A stretch of DNA of 64,000 nt from Lentisphaeria bacterium (GTDB taxonomy: Bacteria; Verrucomicrobiota; Lentisphaeria; JABSQK01; JAWLHB01). Below are positions 39,687-48,597 of the stretch, piece by piece. Location of the stretch: the NCBI GenBank assembly GCA_041690595.1, contig JAWLHB010000011.1, positions 1 to 64,000 of the forward strand, in the 5' to 3' direction. Made by a program: the position numbers and the translations under genes. Within the stretch, counting starts at the first letter, position 1. Each line of letters begins with the position of its first letter. A model generated the notes under the pieces. The model was given only the letters and a program-made list of their open reading frames with translations. It was not told the origin of the DNA and did no database searches.

Positions 39687-40817
39687 GTGCAGGAGCTCAA
39701 TCTGAATTTGCATGACCTGGTGCGGATATGGTCTCCGGCCGTATCTCCCAATGTCTATAACGGAATACACCGACTGCTTGGCCACTTTTATGTCGATCAA
39801 CGACCGCCTGAAGAGCTGATCGATGTGGCCATCGTGCCGTTGCAGGCGGATTCATCGCTCCATGAGCCATTAAGCCGCATATTGCCTTCACCTTACGGCA
39901 TGTCGTTCGTCGAGCATCGGGGCGAAAACGGGATCGTTTTCAACTATCGAGGGCGGCCCGATCTGGTGCTCATGCTGGGCAAACGGATTACGATCAACTA
40001 CACACCGCGGAAGAAGAACGTCAACCGCATTTATGGCCTGATCCTTTTCACCATCAACCTGGTGCTGCATCAGAAGATGGGGCTCCTGTATCATGGAGCG
40101 GCCGTCGCTCGCGACGATGTCGCGCTCCTGTTGACAGGGCTTCGCGGAGCGAAGAAGACGCATGTGCTGATGGAGTTGCTGAGCAAAGGGTGGGACTACA
40201 TCAGCGACGATAAGATGTTGATCCAGGGCGGACGCATGTACACATTCCAGGACATCATCCCGATTGCCGATCATCACCTGGTAGGGATTCCCTGGATCTA
40301 CGACCTCCTGCCGGAAGAGACGCGCGAGCAGAAGTGCGCCTGGCGCCGAAACCTGCGGTCGCACGCCGCCGCGGCATCCCGCCGTTGGCTGCCCAAGCAC
40401 TTTCTGCCAATCGCCGAAAAGTTTTATGACCCCCACCATATCGTCTCCGTCCGGCAGCTCTTTCCCCAGTGCAGGATCATTCAATCCGCGGTGCCTACGG
40501 CGGTCATTCTCCTGTCGCTTGGCGACAAGATCGCCTGCGAGGAGATCTATTCCGAGGATGTCCTTGAGGAAATCACCGCCATTCAGAGCCTGGTCTTCTA
40601 CAGCATGGGGCCCCTCGAGCAGTTGGTCTACTTCTGCAATCGAAGTTTCCAGGTTTCACTTGGTGACGTGGTTCGCGAGAACATCGTGCGTGCGAACCTC
40701 GCACAATTCCGCTTTCTCCGATTGACCATACCCGGTCGGGCCGACATGTCCGAGGTCTATGACGCGCTGATGAAGCAGGTACATGCCGGGGCGCGACGCG
40801 AGTTGATGACTACATGA
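39687..40817 (+). CDS. HPr-kinase-related P-loop protein
   Basis: LYHGAAVARDDVALLLTGLRGAKKT (variant Walker A) followed by WDYISDD, the HprK C-terminal signature. Confidence 0.65.
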   Translation: MQELNLNLHDLVRIWSPAVSPNVYNGIHRLLGHFYVDQRPPEELIDVAIVPLQADSSLHEPLSRILPSPYGMSFVEHRGENGIVFNYRGRPDLVLMLGKRITINYTPRKKNVNRIYGLILFTINLVLHQKMGLLYHGAAVARDDVALLLTGLRGAKKTHVLMELLSKGWDYISDDKMLIQGGRMYTFQDIIPIADHHLVGIPWIYDLLPEETREQKCAWRRNLRSHAAAASRRWLPKHFLPIAEKFYDPHHIVSVRQLFPQCRIIQSAVPTAVILLSLGDKIACEEIYSEDVLEEITAIQSLVFYSMGPLEQLVYFCNRSFQVSLGDVVRENIVRANLAQFRFLRLTIPGRADMSEVYDALMKQVHAGARRELMTT

Positions 40818-42139
40818 TGGGGCGACTGAGCCAGCTTGGTACCAGAATAGTGCGCCAGTATGTCGCATCGAAACTGGCTAAACGGGCCAGTGGCTCTCTT
40901 CTGCTCAATGTCTTCAGCAAGGGCATTACCCTGATCACCAGCATTGTGCTGACGCGCGTGCTGGGTAAGACCGACTTTGGTCATTATGCCTACGCTATCT
41001 CGTGGGCGACCCTGCTGACCTTCCCGGCCATGCTCGGGCTCAACACTCTGCTCACGCGCGAAGTTGCCCGTTTCAACGCGCTGGACAAGTGGCGGGAGCT
41101 GCGCGGCTTACTGCGCTGGTCCGATGCCATGATCGTCGGGAGTTCGAGCATCATTGGTGCTGGAGGCTTTGTCGTGTTGTGGTGGTTTCGCGACCAACTG
41201 GCGCCAGGCGGTTTCGCTCCGCTGGCGATTGCTGTCTGCGTCATTCCGCTGGGTGCTTTGCTTCGTACGCGGCAAGCGTCCATCCTTGGATTCGGGCACA
41301 TTGTCACCGGCCAGATGCCACAGATGTTTATTCAGCCGCTACTCTTCATTTCCGCGATCCTCCTGTTGGGGTTGACTCGGCGGCTGGATGCGGCGGAAGC
41401 CATGGTCGTGCGGGTGATCGTCATTGTGATTGCGCTACTGGTGGCAATCATCCTGCAGCAGCATTTCATGCCGGCGGAAGCCAGGGCGGCAAAACCCAAC
41501 TATCAGTCAAAGCTCTGGCTGATGATGGGGCTAACCTTCATGGCGGGCGGCACCATCAGTGTCGTCAACGAGCAGCTCTCGGTAATCATGGTTGGTTCGC
41601 TGCTGGGGCCGGATGAGACCGCGCTCTACGAAGTGGCCCGTAAGGGCGCGGACTTCATCACGTTTGTGCCGGCGGCAATCTACCTGACGATCGGCCCGTC
41701 GGTAGCACGGCATTTCGCCAGGGACGAGCACCAGGAACTGCAGGAGCTTCTGGTGCGAAGCGTGCGGTGGAGTGTGATCAGCGCGGCAGTGCCGGGGGTC
41801 TTCTTCATCTTCTTCGGCAAATACTACCTGCTGCTCTATGGCGTGGAGTTTGTCGAAGCGCGCGACATTCTTTATGTCCTCACTCTCACTTCGCTGGTCT
41901 TCGTTTGCTTCGGTCCGACGAGCCTTATTCTGAACATGACCGGCCATGAGCGTTATACTGCGGTGGGCGTCCTTATTTCGACCCTGATCAACGCGGTACT
42001 GACCTTGGTTCTCGTGCGTTATTACTCGGTTGTCGGTGCCGCGATGGCGCAACTCATCAGCGTCCTCGTCTACAAGATCGGTCTCACCACCGCCATCTAC
42101 AAGCTGATGAACCTGCGGTCGTTCCTGCGCTTCTACTGA
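40814..42139 (+). CDS. wzx: Oligosaccharide flippase (Wzx)
   Basis: LTRVLGKTDFGHYAYAISW, about 12 TM segments, LNMTGHER and GAAMA. Confidence 0.9.
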   Translation: MMGRLSQLGTRIVRQYVASKLAKRASGSLLLNVFSKGITLITSIVLTRVLGKTDFGHYAYAISWATLLTFPAMLGLNTLLTREVARFNALDKWRELRGLLRWSDAMIVGSSSIIGAGGFVVLWWFRDQLAPGGFAPLAIAVCVIPLGALLRTRQASILGFGHIVTGQMPQMFIQPLLFISAILLLGLTRRLDAAEAMVVRVIVIVIALLVAIILQQHFMPAEARAAKPNYQSKLWLMMGLTFMAGGTISVVNEQLSVIMVGSLLGPDETALYEVARKGADFITFVPAAIYLTIGPSVARHFARDEHQELQELLVRSVRWSVISAAVPGVFFIFFGKYYLLLYGVEFVEARDILYVLTLTSLVFVCFGPTSLILNMTGHERYTAVGVLISTLINAVLTLVLVRYYSVVGAAMAQLISVLVYKIGLTTAIYKLMNLRSFLRFY

Positions 42140-42867
42140 GGCGATTGATTCGCATAGCCGAAGCGGCTGACGTCTTCGGCATAACGCGCCGCGACGGCTT
42201 CCACCAAGAGCGGAGTGTAGGGCCTGGTGGGGTACGAATGGCCCTGGCAACTGCTCATGAGGCGGGGAAGCTTCGCGGTGACACCCAGACGACTCGCCAC
42301 CATCGGCCACTCCTCGTCTATCGCTTCGAGATGGCCGATGAAGGTGGGCAGCGTTTCGCCGTCCTTTCCCACAAGCGCAAGGTACTGGGAGCGAAAGTGT
42401 TCGTCCGCGTCCGCATCGTCAATTGTCAGTACAGCCTGAACAAACTCGGCAAAAGACATCCCGGCACGGAACTGATTGCCGAACTTGCGGAATCCGTCAA
42501 AGACGCCGTTGGTGAAGCCGCGTACCTGTATCTTTGGATCGGGCATCACTTTGCTCTTGTAACAGGAATAGAGTCGATCCCATGGATTGCGGACAAAGGC
42601 GAACTTGAAATAGTCATCATATTTGGCGGAGGCGATTTCCTCGCGTACGGCATAGGGGAAGGGGGCTTCGTGCACGGAATCATCGATATCTTCGAGGTCA
42701 TAATAGAGGCCAAGATAATCGGCGAAGATCTTCTTGATGGAAGAGCAGGCCACCTTCGGGATGGGGAAATAGATGACGCGCAAGGGGACGATCAGGATGT
42801 TGCCGTGTGTGTAGTAATTTTCGTTGCGCAGGAGAAGACGGCGGAGAACCTGGGTAAACTCACTCAT
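42133..42867 (-). CDS. Sulfotransferase family 2 (HNK-1/chondroitin carbohydrate sulfotransferase-like)
   Basis: YFPIPKVACSSIKK, FAFVRNPWDRLYSCY, DEHFRSQ, FIGHLE and YAEDVSRFGY. Confidence 0.88.
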   Translation of the reverse strand: MSEFTQVLRRLLLRNENYYTHGNILIVPLRVIYFPIPKVACSSIKKIFADYLGLYYDLEDIDDSVHEAPFPYAVREEIASAKYDDYFKFAFVRNPWDRLYSCYKSKVMPDPKIQVRGFTNGVFDGFRKFGNQFRAGMSFAEFVQAVLTIDDADADEHFRSQYLALVGKDGETLPTFIGHLEAIDEEWPMVASRLGVTAKLPRLMSSCQGHSYPTRPYTPLLVEAVAARYAEDVSRFGYANQSPQ

Positions 42868-43984
42868 GGCGATCCTCGGGGCTCCGACCAAGTGGGGCGA
42901 GATAGGCAACCTCGGCTGTTGCCGGTTCCACCGCGGTGGCGGGAACCCGCCGCGGACGGGCCGCCTTCATGCGGTTGAAAAAATCTACGGCCACCACCCA
43001 GCTGCGAAATGCCGCGGTCGACCAGGTGCCGATGACCGAGAGCCGGGGCACCTCGTAGAAATCGGCGGCCGCGGTCACGTAGTCGGCATTGTTGATGACA
43101 GCGCCTCGGAAACCGAGTTGGCGAATGAGACTGCCGGTAGCCGGCGAACGAAACTCCTCCTTTCCGTACGGATACGAAAACCAGGAGACGCCTTGACCGG
43201 TCCACTCCGTGATGAGTTCCGCGCTGCGGGCCAGTTCGTGGCGTGCCTGCGTGATGGAAGCCTGCGCCATGTTGATATGATGAACGCCATGGCTGCCATA
43301 GGTGATGAGGCCGGAGCTGGTGGCGGCCGCCAACTCATCGGGACGGGCAAACTGATTGTGCGGCAAGGTCAGTCGGTCACGGACAGCCAGTTCCACGGCC
43401 ACTTGATAGGCCAGCATCTGCTCGCTGGTGGCGTAGTAGCAATGCTGGCTGAGTGCGTTCAGAAAAGCTTGCTGCCCCGGGGCATCCCGCAGGTCGAAGA
43501 CCTGAAGCTTCCCCTGGTACTTCACCTGGATAACGTCGCGCAGGTTGCTGACAATGAAGGCGCCAAGATCCCACCATGGCAAGCGCCGCTGATCTTCCAG
43601 ATAATATACCGGCACAAAGACAATGGCTGGTGCCCGGTAATGCTCCAGAATCGGCAGGGCCAGCCGAAAGACATTGCGATACGCGTCGTCGAAGGTGATC
43701 GCGACCTGCCAGCGGGAGCCAGGTGAATCCACGCGCTCTTCCATGATCTGGTCGAGCGTAACGAAGTCGGCAAAGGTGGAGAGCCATTTCAGATGTCGAG
43801 CAAAGACCGTCACTTCAACGGCCATTTCCGGATGACAGTGGGACCGCCTGGCGTCATCCTCCTGCTCGCGCTGATCGAAGATCTCGTGATAGAGAAGGAC
43901 CAGTTTGCGCCGGCGAACCTGGCGCAACAAGGGGACGATCGCGGAAATGGACTGCATGAGGCAGCTTTTGAAGAGTGACTTCAT
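42860..43984 (-). CDS. Polysaccharide deacetylase (CE4/NodB)
   Basis: VLLYH, AITFDDAY, GSHGVHH and FSYPYG. Confidence 0.9.
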   Translation of the reverse strand: MKSLFKSCLMQSISAIVPLLRQVRRRKLVLLYHEIFDQREQEDDARRSHCHPEMAVEVTVFARHLKWLSTFADFVTLDQIMEERVDSPGSRWQVAITFDDAYRNVFRLALPILEHYRAPAIVFVPVYYLEDQRRLPWWDLGAFIVSNLRDVIQVKYQGKLQVFDLRDAPGQQAFLNALSQHCYYATSEQMLAYQVAVELAVRDRLTLPHNQFARPDELAAATSSGLITYGSHGVHHINMAQASITQARHELARSAELITEWTGQGVSWFSYPYGKEEFRSPATGSLIRQLGFRGAVINNADYVTAAADFYEVPRLSVIGTWSTAAFRSWVVAVDFFNRMKAARPRRVPATAVEPATAEVAYLAPLGRSPEDRHE

Positions 43985-44006
43985 GGATAGGTGCCCGGCA
44001 CGATGT

Positions 44007-44756
44007 TCAGTGAGTGTCCAATGGTTTCAGCCGAGACTTGAGCTTCTGAGCCAGGGAGTAAAGACGCGAATTGTACTGCCAGTATGTATAATACGTGGCG
44101 TGGCGACCGCCGAACTTTTCCTTGAACTTGTTGATGCCGACCCGCGGATCATCTGGATCGTCGCCGCCATAATAGCCACCAAGATCAAATTCGCCGCAGC
44201 CGGCTGATTTGGCATACTTGATCGCTTCCCAGATTGCCAATCGGTTCGCACAACTTATTAATGTAGTATCGATTGCGTCATTCTCAAGCCTTCTGGATGC
44301 GCCGAAGAGCCAGCGCATGTGACGCGCATCGCGCAGCATCAGGGCTCCCGCCAGCAGCTCGCCTTCCAGATGAGCCGTAAACAGGGTGCAGTACTGGCGC
44401 ATGAAGGAGACCGACTCGTTCGTCGTCGAAAAACCTTTTTGCCCGATAAAGGCGCTGTACATGGCATGGAAAGCATCGAAATCCTGGTTCACGGCGATCG
44501 AAATTCCGCTGCGCTCAGCGCGATTGATGAAGTACCGGCAGGACTTCTTTCCCATATTGCCCCATAGCGTATCGAGGTCAGGCGCAAGGTCGATGACCAG
44601 CGTCGGGGCAGCTTCGCATTGGAAATCTGGGTCGTCGACTTTGTTGCGGCAGGCATAGAAGTGGACGACATCCGCGTCGGGCACGGCAAAGGGTCGTTCA
44701 CTAAACCAGATGTTCTTCTTCCTGAAGATGCCTTTCTTCTTCTCAATTTCGAGCAA
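44007..44756 (-). CDS. FemAB-like/GNAT acyltransferase
   Basis: TLVIDL..LW..KKSCRYFINRAER, LAIWEAIKYAK..G..FDLGG and GINKFKEKFGG. Confidence 0.8.
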   Translation of the reverse strand: MLEIEKKKGIFRKKNIWFSERPFAVPDADVVHFYACRNKVDDPDFQCEAAPTLVIDLAPDLDTLWGNMGKKSCRYFINRAERSGISIAVNQDFDAFHAMYSAFIGQKGFSTTNESVSFMRQYCTLFTAHLEGELLAGALMLRDARHMRWLFGASRRLENDAIDTTLISCANRLAIWEAIKYAKSAGCGEFDLGGYYGGDDPDDPRVGINKFKEKFGGRHATYYTYWQYNSRLYSLAQKLKSRLKPLDTH

Positions 44757-44796
44757 GGATGAGACTCCCGGGCCAGTCGGATCGATAACCGTTGGC

Positions 44797-47700
44797 TCAA
44801 TAGATCGTGGTTGCCTCGGTCTCTTCCACCGGCCGCGTGAGTTGATCCGAGTTGAGCTCGGTCATGAAGCGGACATCACCGGCATTCAGCGCTTTGACCT
44901 TGACCTGCCATGTCGCCTTTGTCTGCGGCTGGAGGCTGTTCAGCGGGGCAAACGCGATGGCGCGTCCATCTGGATGCACGGTTCCGGGAGTTGCGCCGTC
45001 AGCCGAAATGAATTGAAGATTGGCTTCGAGTTGGCAGCTGATCACCACGTTGGTACTGGCAATGCTCCCCTGATTTGTTGCCACGATCACGTAGGTTCCC
45101 GTCTCGCCGACTTCGAGGGGATCGCGCAGATCCGCCACTTCCAAAAGGATGGCCGCTATTCCCTGCACCTGCGTGTCGGCTGTGGCAATCACTTCGGGGG
45201 CGCAGTGAGCCTGAGCCGTAAAACGCTGGGTATAAGCGCCGGGCTGCTCGGCCTGCAGCGTCGCCTGCACTTCCGTTGTCTCGTTCGGCGCAAGATTCGC
45301 GATGATCCAGGTTATGGTCTCTCTGGCTGCGCTGGCGTTGTGCGAGGCCGCTACGAAGCTCATGCCTCGGGGCACCAGCGCGGACACGGCCAGATTACTC
45401 GCGGCTGCGTCACCAATATTGGTTACTCTGGCGGTATAGACGATTGGGCGTCCGGCATATTGTTCGCCGCGCGCGCTGGCGGTAACCCGCAGGCGAGGCG
45501 CCTTGACGCTGACGGAATGGTTGGCTTGGGCCTGCAATCCGCCTTCGCCGGTCAGAGTGGCGATGAGGCGGAAGGTCCCGGTCTCCGTGGCCTGCACACG
45601 CACGGACTGCTCGCTCCTGGCGCCGGCCGCAAGATCACCCAGGCGCGCCACCAAGCTGCGCTCGCCATTCGCGCCAACCAGCCCTTGAGGCAGATCGACC
45701 CGCAATTCGACCCCCGTGGCGGTGCCCGTGCCGCTGTTGACGACCGTGAAGTCCAGTGGGAGTTGATCGCATGCCAGAATGGCCGGGGGAGCCGCCATGG
45801 TCAGTTCCAGCATGGGCTGTACCACACGGGTCGTGGCACAATCCTGGACGGTAAAATCGACCAGAGCGCAATATTCCAGATCTTGCGGTGACATGGCTAC
45901 GCCGGTGACGATGAACTCCTCCGACGCGCCGGGCGCCATCGGGCGAATCTCCCAGCGCAAGGCCCCCCCAGGGAGTTGCTCTGCTTCGCGCTTCGTGCTG
46001 TGCACGATAAATCCGGCTGGCGGTTGCTCGGTAACGATTACCCGATAGAGAGCACAATTGGTGCCGTTGTGCACGCGAAGCTTGTATTGAAAGAGTTCAC
46101 CAACGTTCACGACGGAAGGATTGTCGCGCTCTACATAAACGGTGCCCTGCAGATTGCTGCTTGGAATCCCCTTTCGCACCAGGAGCCGTCCATTCTCTTC
46201 GCTGCGATACTCGCAGTCATTCCGCACCGGGGTTGCAGCCGGTTGTACGGCTACGGGAGTGGGGCCAAGGTCGCGAACAAGGCGAAAGCCCAAGTCGGGA
46301 GACGACTCGTTGGGATCGTACCAGCTGCGATTGGCGGAGCGCAGATAGGTTGGAAAGTGGCTCCAACTCCCGCCGCGACGTATCCTCGCTGGGCCGGATG
46401 ATGGTCCTTTGGGGTCAACAACCGGATCGAAAGGATAGTCACTTTGCCAGTCCGAACACCACTCCCAGACATTGCCGTGCATGTCGTACAGGCCCCAGGC
46501 GTTGGGTTCCTTCTGAGCGACGCGGTGGGGGCGATGTTCCGCTGTGTGGTAGTACCAGGCATAGGCACCAAGCTTCTCGTTCTCACCTTTCTCGCCCGGG
46601 TGCATTTCGACATTGTAGAAAGCGGTGGAGGTTCCGGCGCGACACGCATATTCCCATTCGGCTTCTGTCGGCAGGCGATAAGCGTTGGTGCCTTCCTGAT
46701 CGTTCAGTTGCTTGATAAACTGGTTGACCTGAACCCAACTGACTTTCTCGACGGGGTAATCCCAACCCCAATCGTAGAAGTGCGCTGGCTCCTTCTTCAT
46801 GATGGCATGCCACTGCCCCAACGTCACTTCGGTTCGCTGCATGTAGAAGCCGCGGGAGATGGTGACCCGGTGCAGCCGCTCGTCATCATCCCGCAGCAAT
46901 TCGTCGGCGGGGCTGCCCATCATGAACGAACCTGGAGGGATATAGGCGAACTCCATGCCGAGGGAGTTCTGCAGCGCCGCCGGCGGCGGCTCGATGTAGT
47001 GCATCTCCTGGGGCGGCAAGCTGGTTCTGGTGGCGGTAGGCGCATGGGCCTGTGGAGCGGCTGCGACCACGTTCAGCGGCCGCGCTTGCTGTTGCTGGAT
47101 TGCCGGCGCCTGGTGCTGAGGGGGGGCGGCAACCGCGGGCGAAGCATGGCGAGCTTGGCCGACGGTAGTCGGGTCGGCGAAGAGGGGAGTCAGCCGCACA
47201 TACTGATCGCGGCGTTCGAAGGTCGTGTCCTCGACTGGATTACTGTAAAGGCCGTTGGGAGCCGCGATGGTAACCAGGTCGTGGGGTACGTTCCGCAGGT
47301 AATGGGAGAGCAGGTCGAGGGGAGCCGAGGCCCGCGAAGTCGCCAGCGCGAGGTTGCCTGCTTCCTTGCCGGTGCGGGATGTGCTGCCCACCGCGGTGAT
47401 CACGATGCCCTTTCCGTTGGCGCGCTCTATCAGGCTCTCGGCAAAGCTCTTCAATTGTGCGGCGACCTGAGAGTCGGCGGGAATATCGCTGCCGAGGGCC
47501 GCAAAATAGACGGTCATCTCCGTCAGGAGCTGATGGTTGGCCTGGTTGCGCATGAGTGCATAGGCCATCTCCGCGGACTCGGCATTCCGCGCCGGGGAGT
47601 GGTCCCCTTGAAAGGCGCTATCGGCCGGTTGCGGGTAGATCGCCATCCGATGAGAATGCGCAAAGATTGCGACCAGATCCCGTGAACTGCCATTCTGGGA

Positions 47701-47841
47701 ACCGGCCCAGTACATCCGGTTCGGGAAAACTACCTCGTGCATCCCTGAGCTCGGGCGCGATGCGCTTTCCGCTCCACGCGCTGCTCCGCTCAAGACGAGG
47801 ATGCAGCAGACACTAAGCACCCGGAAAAAGTTCTCATACAT
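44797..47841 (-). CDS. Secreted multidomain protein: OmpA-like + FGE/SUMF1 (C-type lectin fold) + OmcB-like DUF11 repeats
   Basis: Signal peptide MYENFFRVLSVCCILVLSGAARGA. OmpA-like VYF...GSTSRTGKEAGNLALATSRA...RRDQYV. FGE motifs FMMGSP/RLPTEAEWEYACRAG/PNAWGLYDMHGNVWEW/RRGGSW/GFRLVR. C-terminal half collinear with the 23680-25242 protein. Confidence 0.85.
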   Translation of the reverse strand: MYENFFRVLSVCCILVLSGAARGAESASRPSSGMHEVVFPNRMYWAGSQNGSSRDLVAIFAHSHRMAIYPQPADSAFQGDHSPARNAESAEMAYALMRNQANHQLLTEMTVYFAALGSDIPADSQVAAQLKSFAESLIERANGKGIVITAVGSTSRTGKEAGNLALATSRASAPLDLLSHYLRNVPHDLVTIAAPNGLYSNPVEDTTFERRDQYVRLTPLFADPTTVGQARHASPAVAAPPQHQAPAIQQQQARPLNVVAAAPQAHAPTATRTSLPPQEMHYIEPPPAALQNSLGMEFAYIPPGSFMMGSPADELLRDDDERLHRVTISRGFYMQRTEVTLGQWHAIMKKEPAHFYDWGWDYPVEKVSWVQVNQFIKQLNDQEGTNAYRLPTEAEWEYACRAGTSTAFYNVEMHPGEKGENEKLGAYAWYYHTAEHRPHRVAQKEPNAWGLYDMHGNVWEWCSDWQSDYPFDPVVDPKGPSSGPARIRRGGSWSHFPTYLRSANRSWYDPNESSPDLGFRLVRDLGPTPVAVQPAATPVRNDCEYRSEENGRLLVRKGIPSSNLQGTVYVERDNPSVVNVGELFQYKLRVHNGTNCALYRVIVTEQPPAGFIVHSTKREAEQLPGGALRWEIRPMAPGASEEFIVTGVAMSPQDLEYCALVDFTVQDCATTRVVQPMLELTMAAPPAILACDQLPLDFTVVNSGTGTATGVELRVDLPQGLVGANGERSLVARLGDLAAGARSEQSVRVQATETGTFRLIATLTGEGGLQAQANHSVSVKAPRLRVTASARGEQYAGRPIVYTARVTNIGDAAASNLAVSALVPRGMSFVAASHNASAARETITWIIANLAPNETTEVQATLQAEQPGAYTQRFTAQAHCAPEVIATADTQVQGIAAILLEVADLRDPLEVGETGTYVIVATNQGSIASTNVVISCQLEANLQFISADGATPGTVHPDGRAIAFAPLNSLQPQTKATWQVKVKALNAGDVRFMTELNSDQLTRPVEETEATTIY

Positions 47842-47896
47842 GGCGCTACTTCCTTGATACCCTGGGAGATCCAATGCTCTCTGTGTGAAGCCTGAC

Positions 47897-47912
47897 GGCA
47901 AAAAACAGGCCG
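47897..47912 (-). promoter_or_regulatory. Putative sigma54 (-24/-12) promoter
   Basis: Minus strand CGGCCTGTTTTTTGCC has GG-N10-GC spacing, ~56 bp upstream of ATG 47841. Confidence 0.45.
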
Positions 47913-48401
47913 TACATTCCGTGACCATGTGCGTACTGATCCGCCTGGGCATTAAGGTACCGATTTCTGCGCGAATATCAACTCAGGGAAGGGCTGGATC
48001 GAGTCGCACGAAGTTATGCAGCGCGCGAAAGAGACTCTGCCGGCTCGCTGGCCACGGCTGGACGTGAAGCGCAATGCACCGGAATCCATGGACAGTTTTG
48101 CCTCAGAATTTGCCGTTGGAGTCACTGTTTCCCGGGTGAGTAGTCTGGCTGAGGTCTCGGTGGAGCGGGGTATATGATAGAAGTTGGATCTCGCCGTGCG
48201 TTTGTTTTTTTGACCAGCAAATCAAACGGGCCAGTTGTGTCGCGTGGCCGCGCTGCGCGGCGAAGCTCGCGACAATGCGGATCACTCACGCAGCGTTTCT
48301 TGTGGTGGACTGGCGGCAAGTCGTTCGCCGATGTCACTTTTGCATGAGGCCCCGACAGGTAGAAAAGGGCGCTGCTATCGGCATGGTTCTGAGGCGGGCT
48401 C

Positions 48402-48434
48402 TTGTATTTATCGTTGACATAACGATATTAACAA
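48402..48434. promoter_or_regulatory. Operator-like palindrome overlapping a TTGACA hexamer
   Basis: TTGT-N3-TATCGTT-GACAT-AACGATA-N3-ACAA. Confidence 0.55.
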
Positions 48435-48597
48435 TGGATTGAGAGAAGCCAGAATGTGATGGAGCGATGGCGGCACAGGCTGCTACAAATGGCAGTTTAT
48501 CAGTAGTTGGCTGGACGGGATCTGGACGAGGCGTTCTGAGGAATCGACACCCTGAGCGGACGCCTGCAGATAGCCAACAAGAGGGATTTTGCATACT

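Noticed and set aside
46270..46400. Diversity-generating retroelement target (the FGE/CLec C-terminal RGGSW...GFR region is a typical variable region)
   Set aside because: No second copy (template repeat) or reverse transcriptase was seen in the window, and the domain is internal. A remote DGR cannot be excluded without a genome search.
46270..46970. Formylglycine-generating enzyme maturing the sulfatase at 2335-3792
   Set aside because: The catalytic cysteine pair is absent and the domain is part of a secreted protein, whereas the sulfatase looks cytoplasmic.
48000..48130. c-di-GMP-I riboswitch (GGCAAA motifs on the minus strand)
   Set aside because: The GNRA-capped P2 stem and the downstream GACGCAAA/P3 elements could not be built. 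An Infernal/Rfam scan would settle it.
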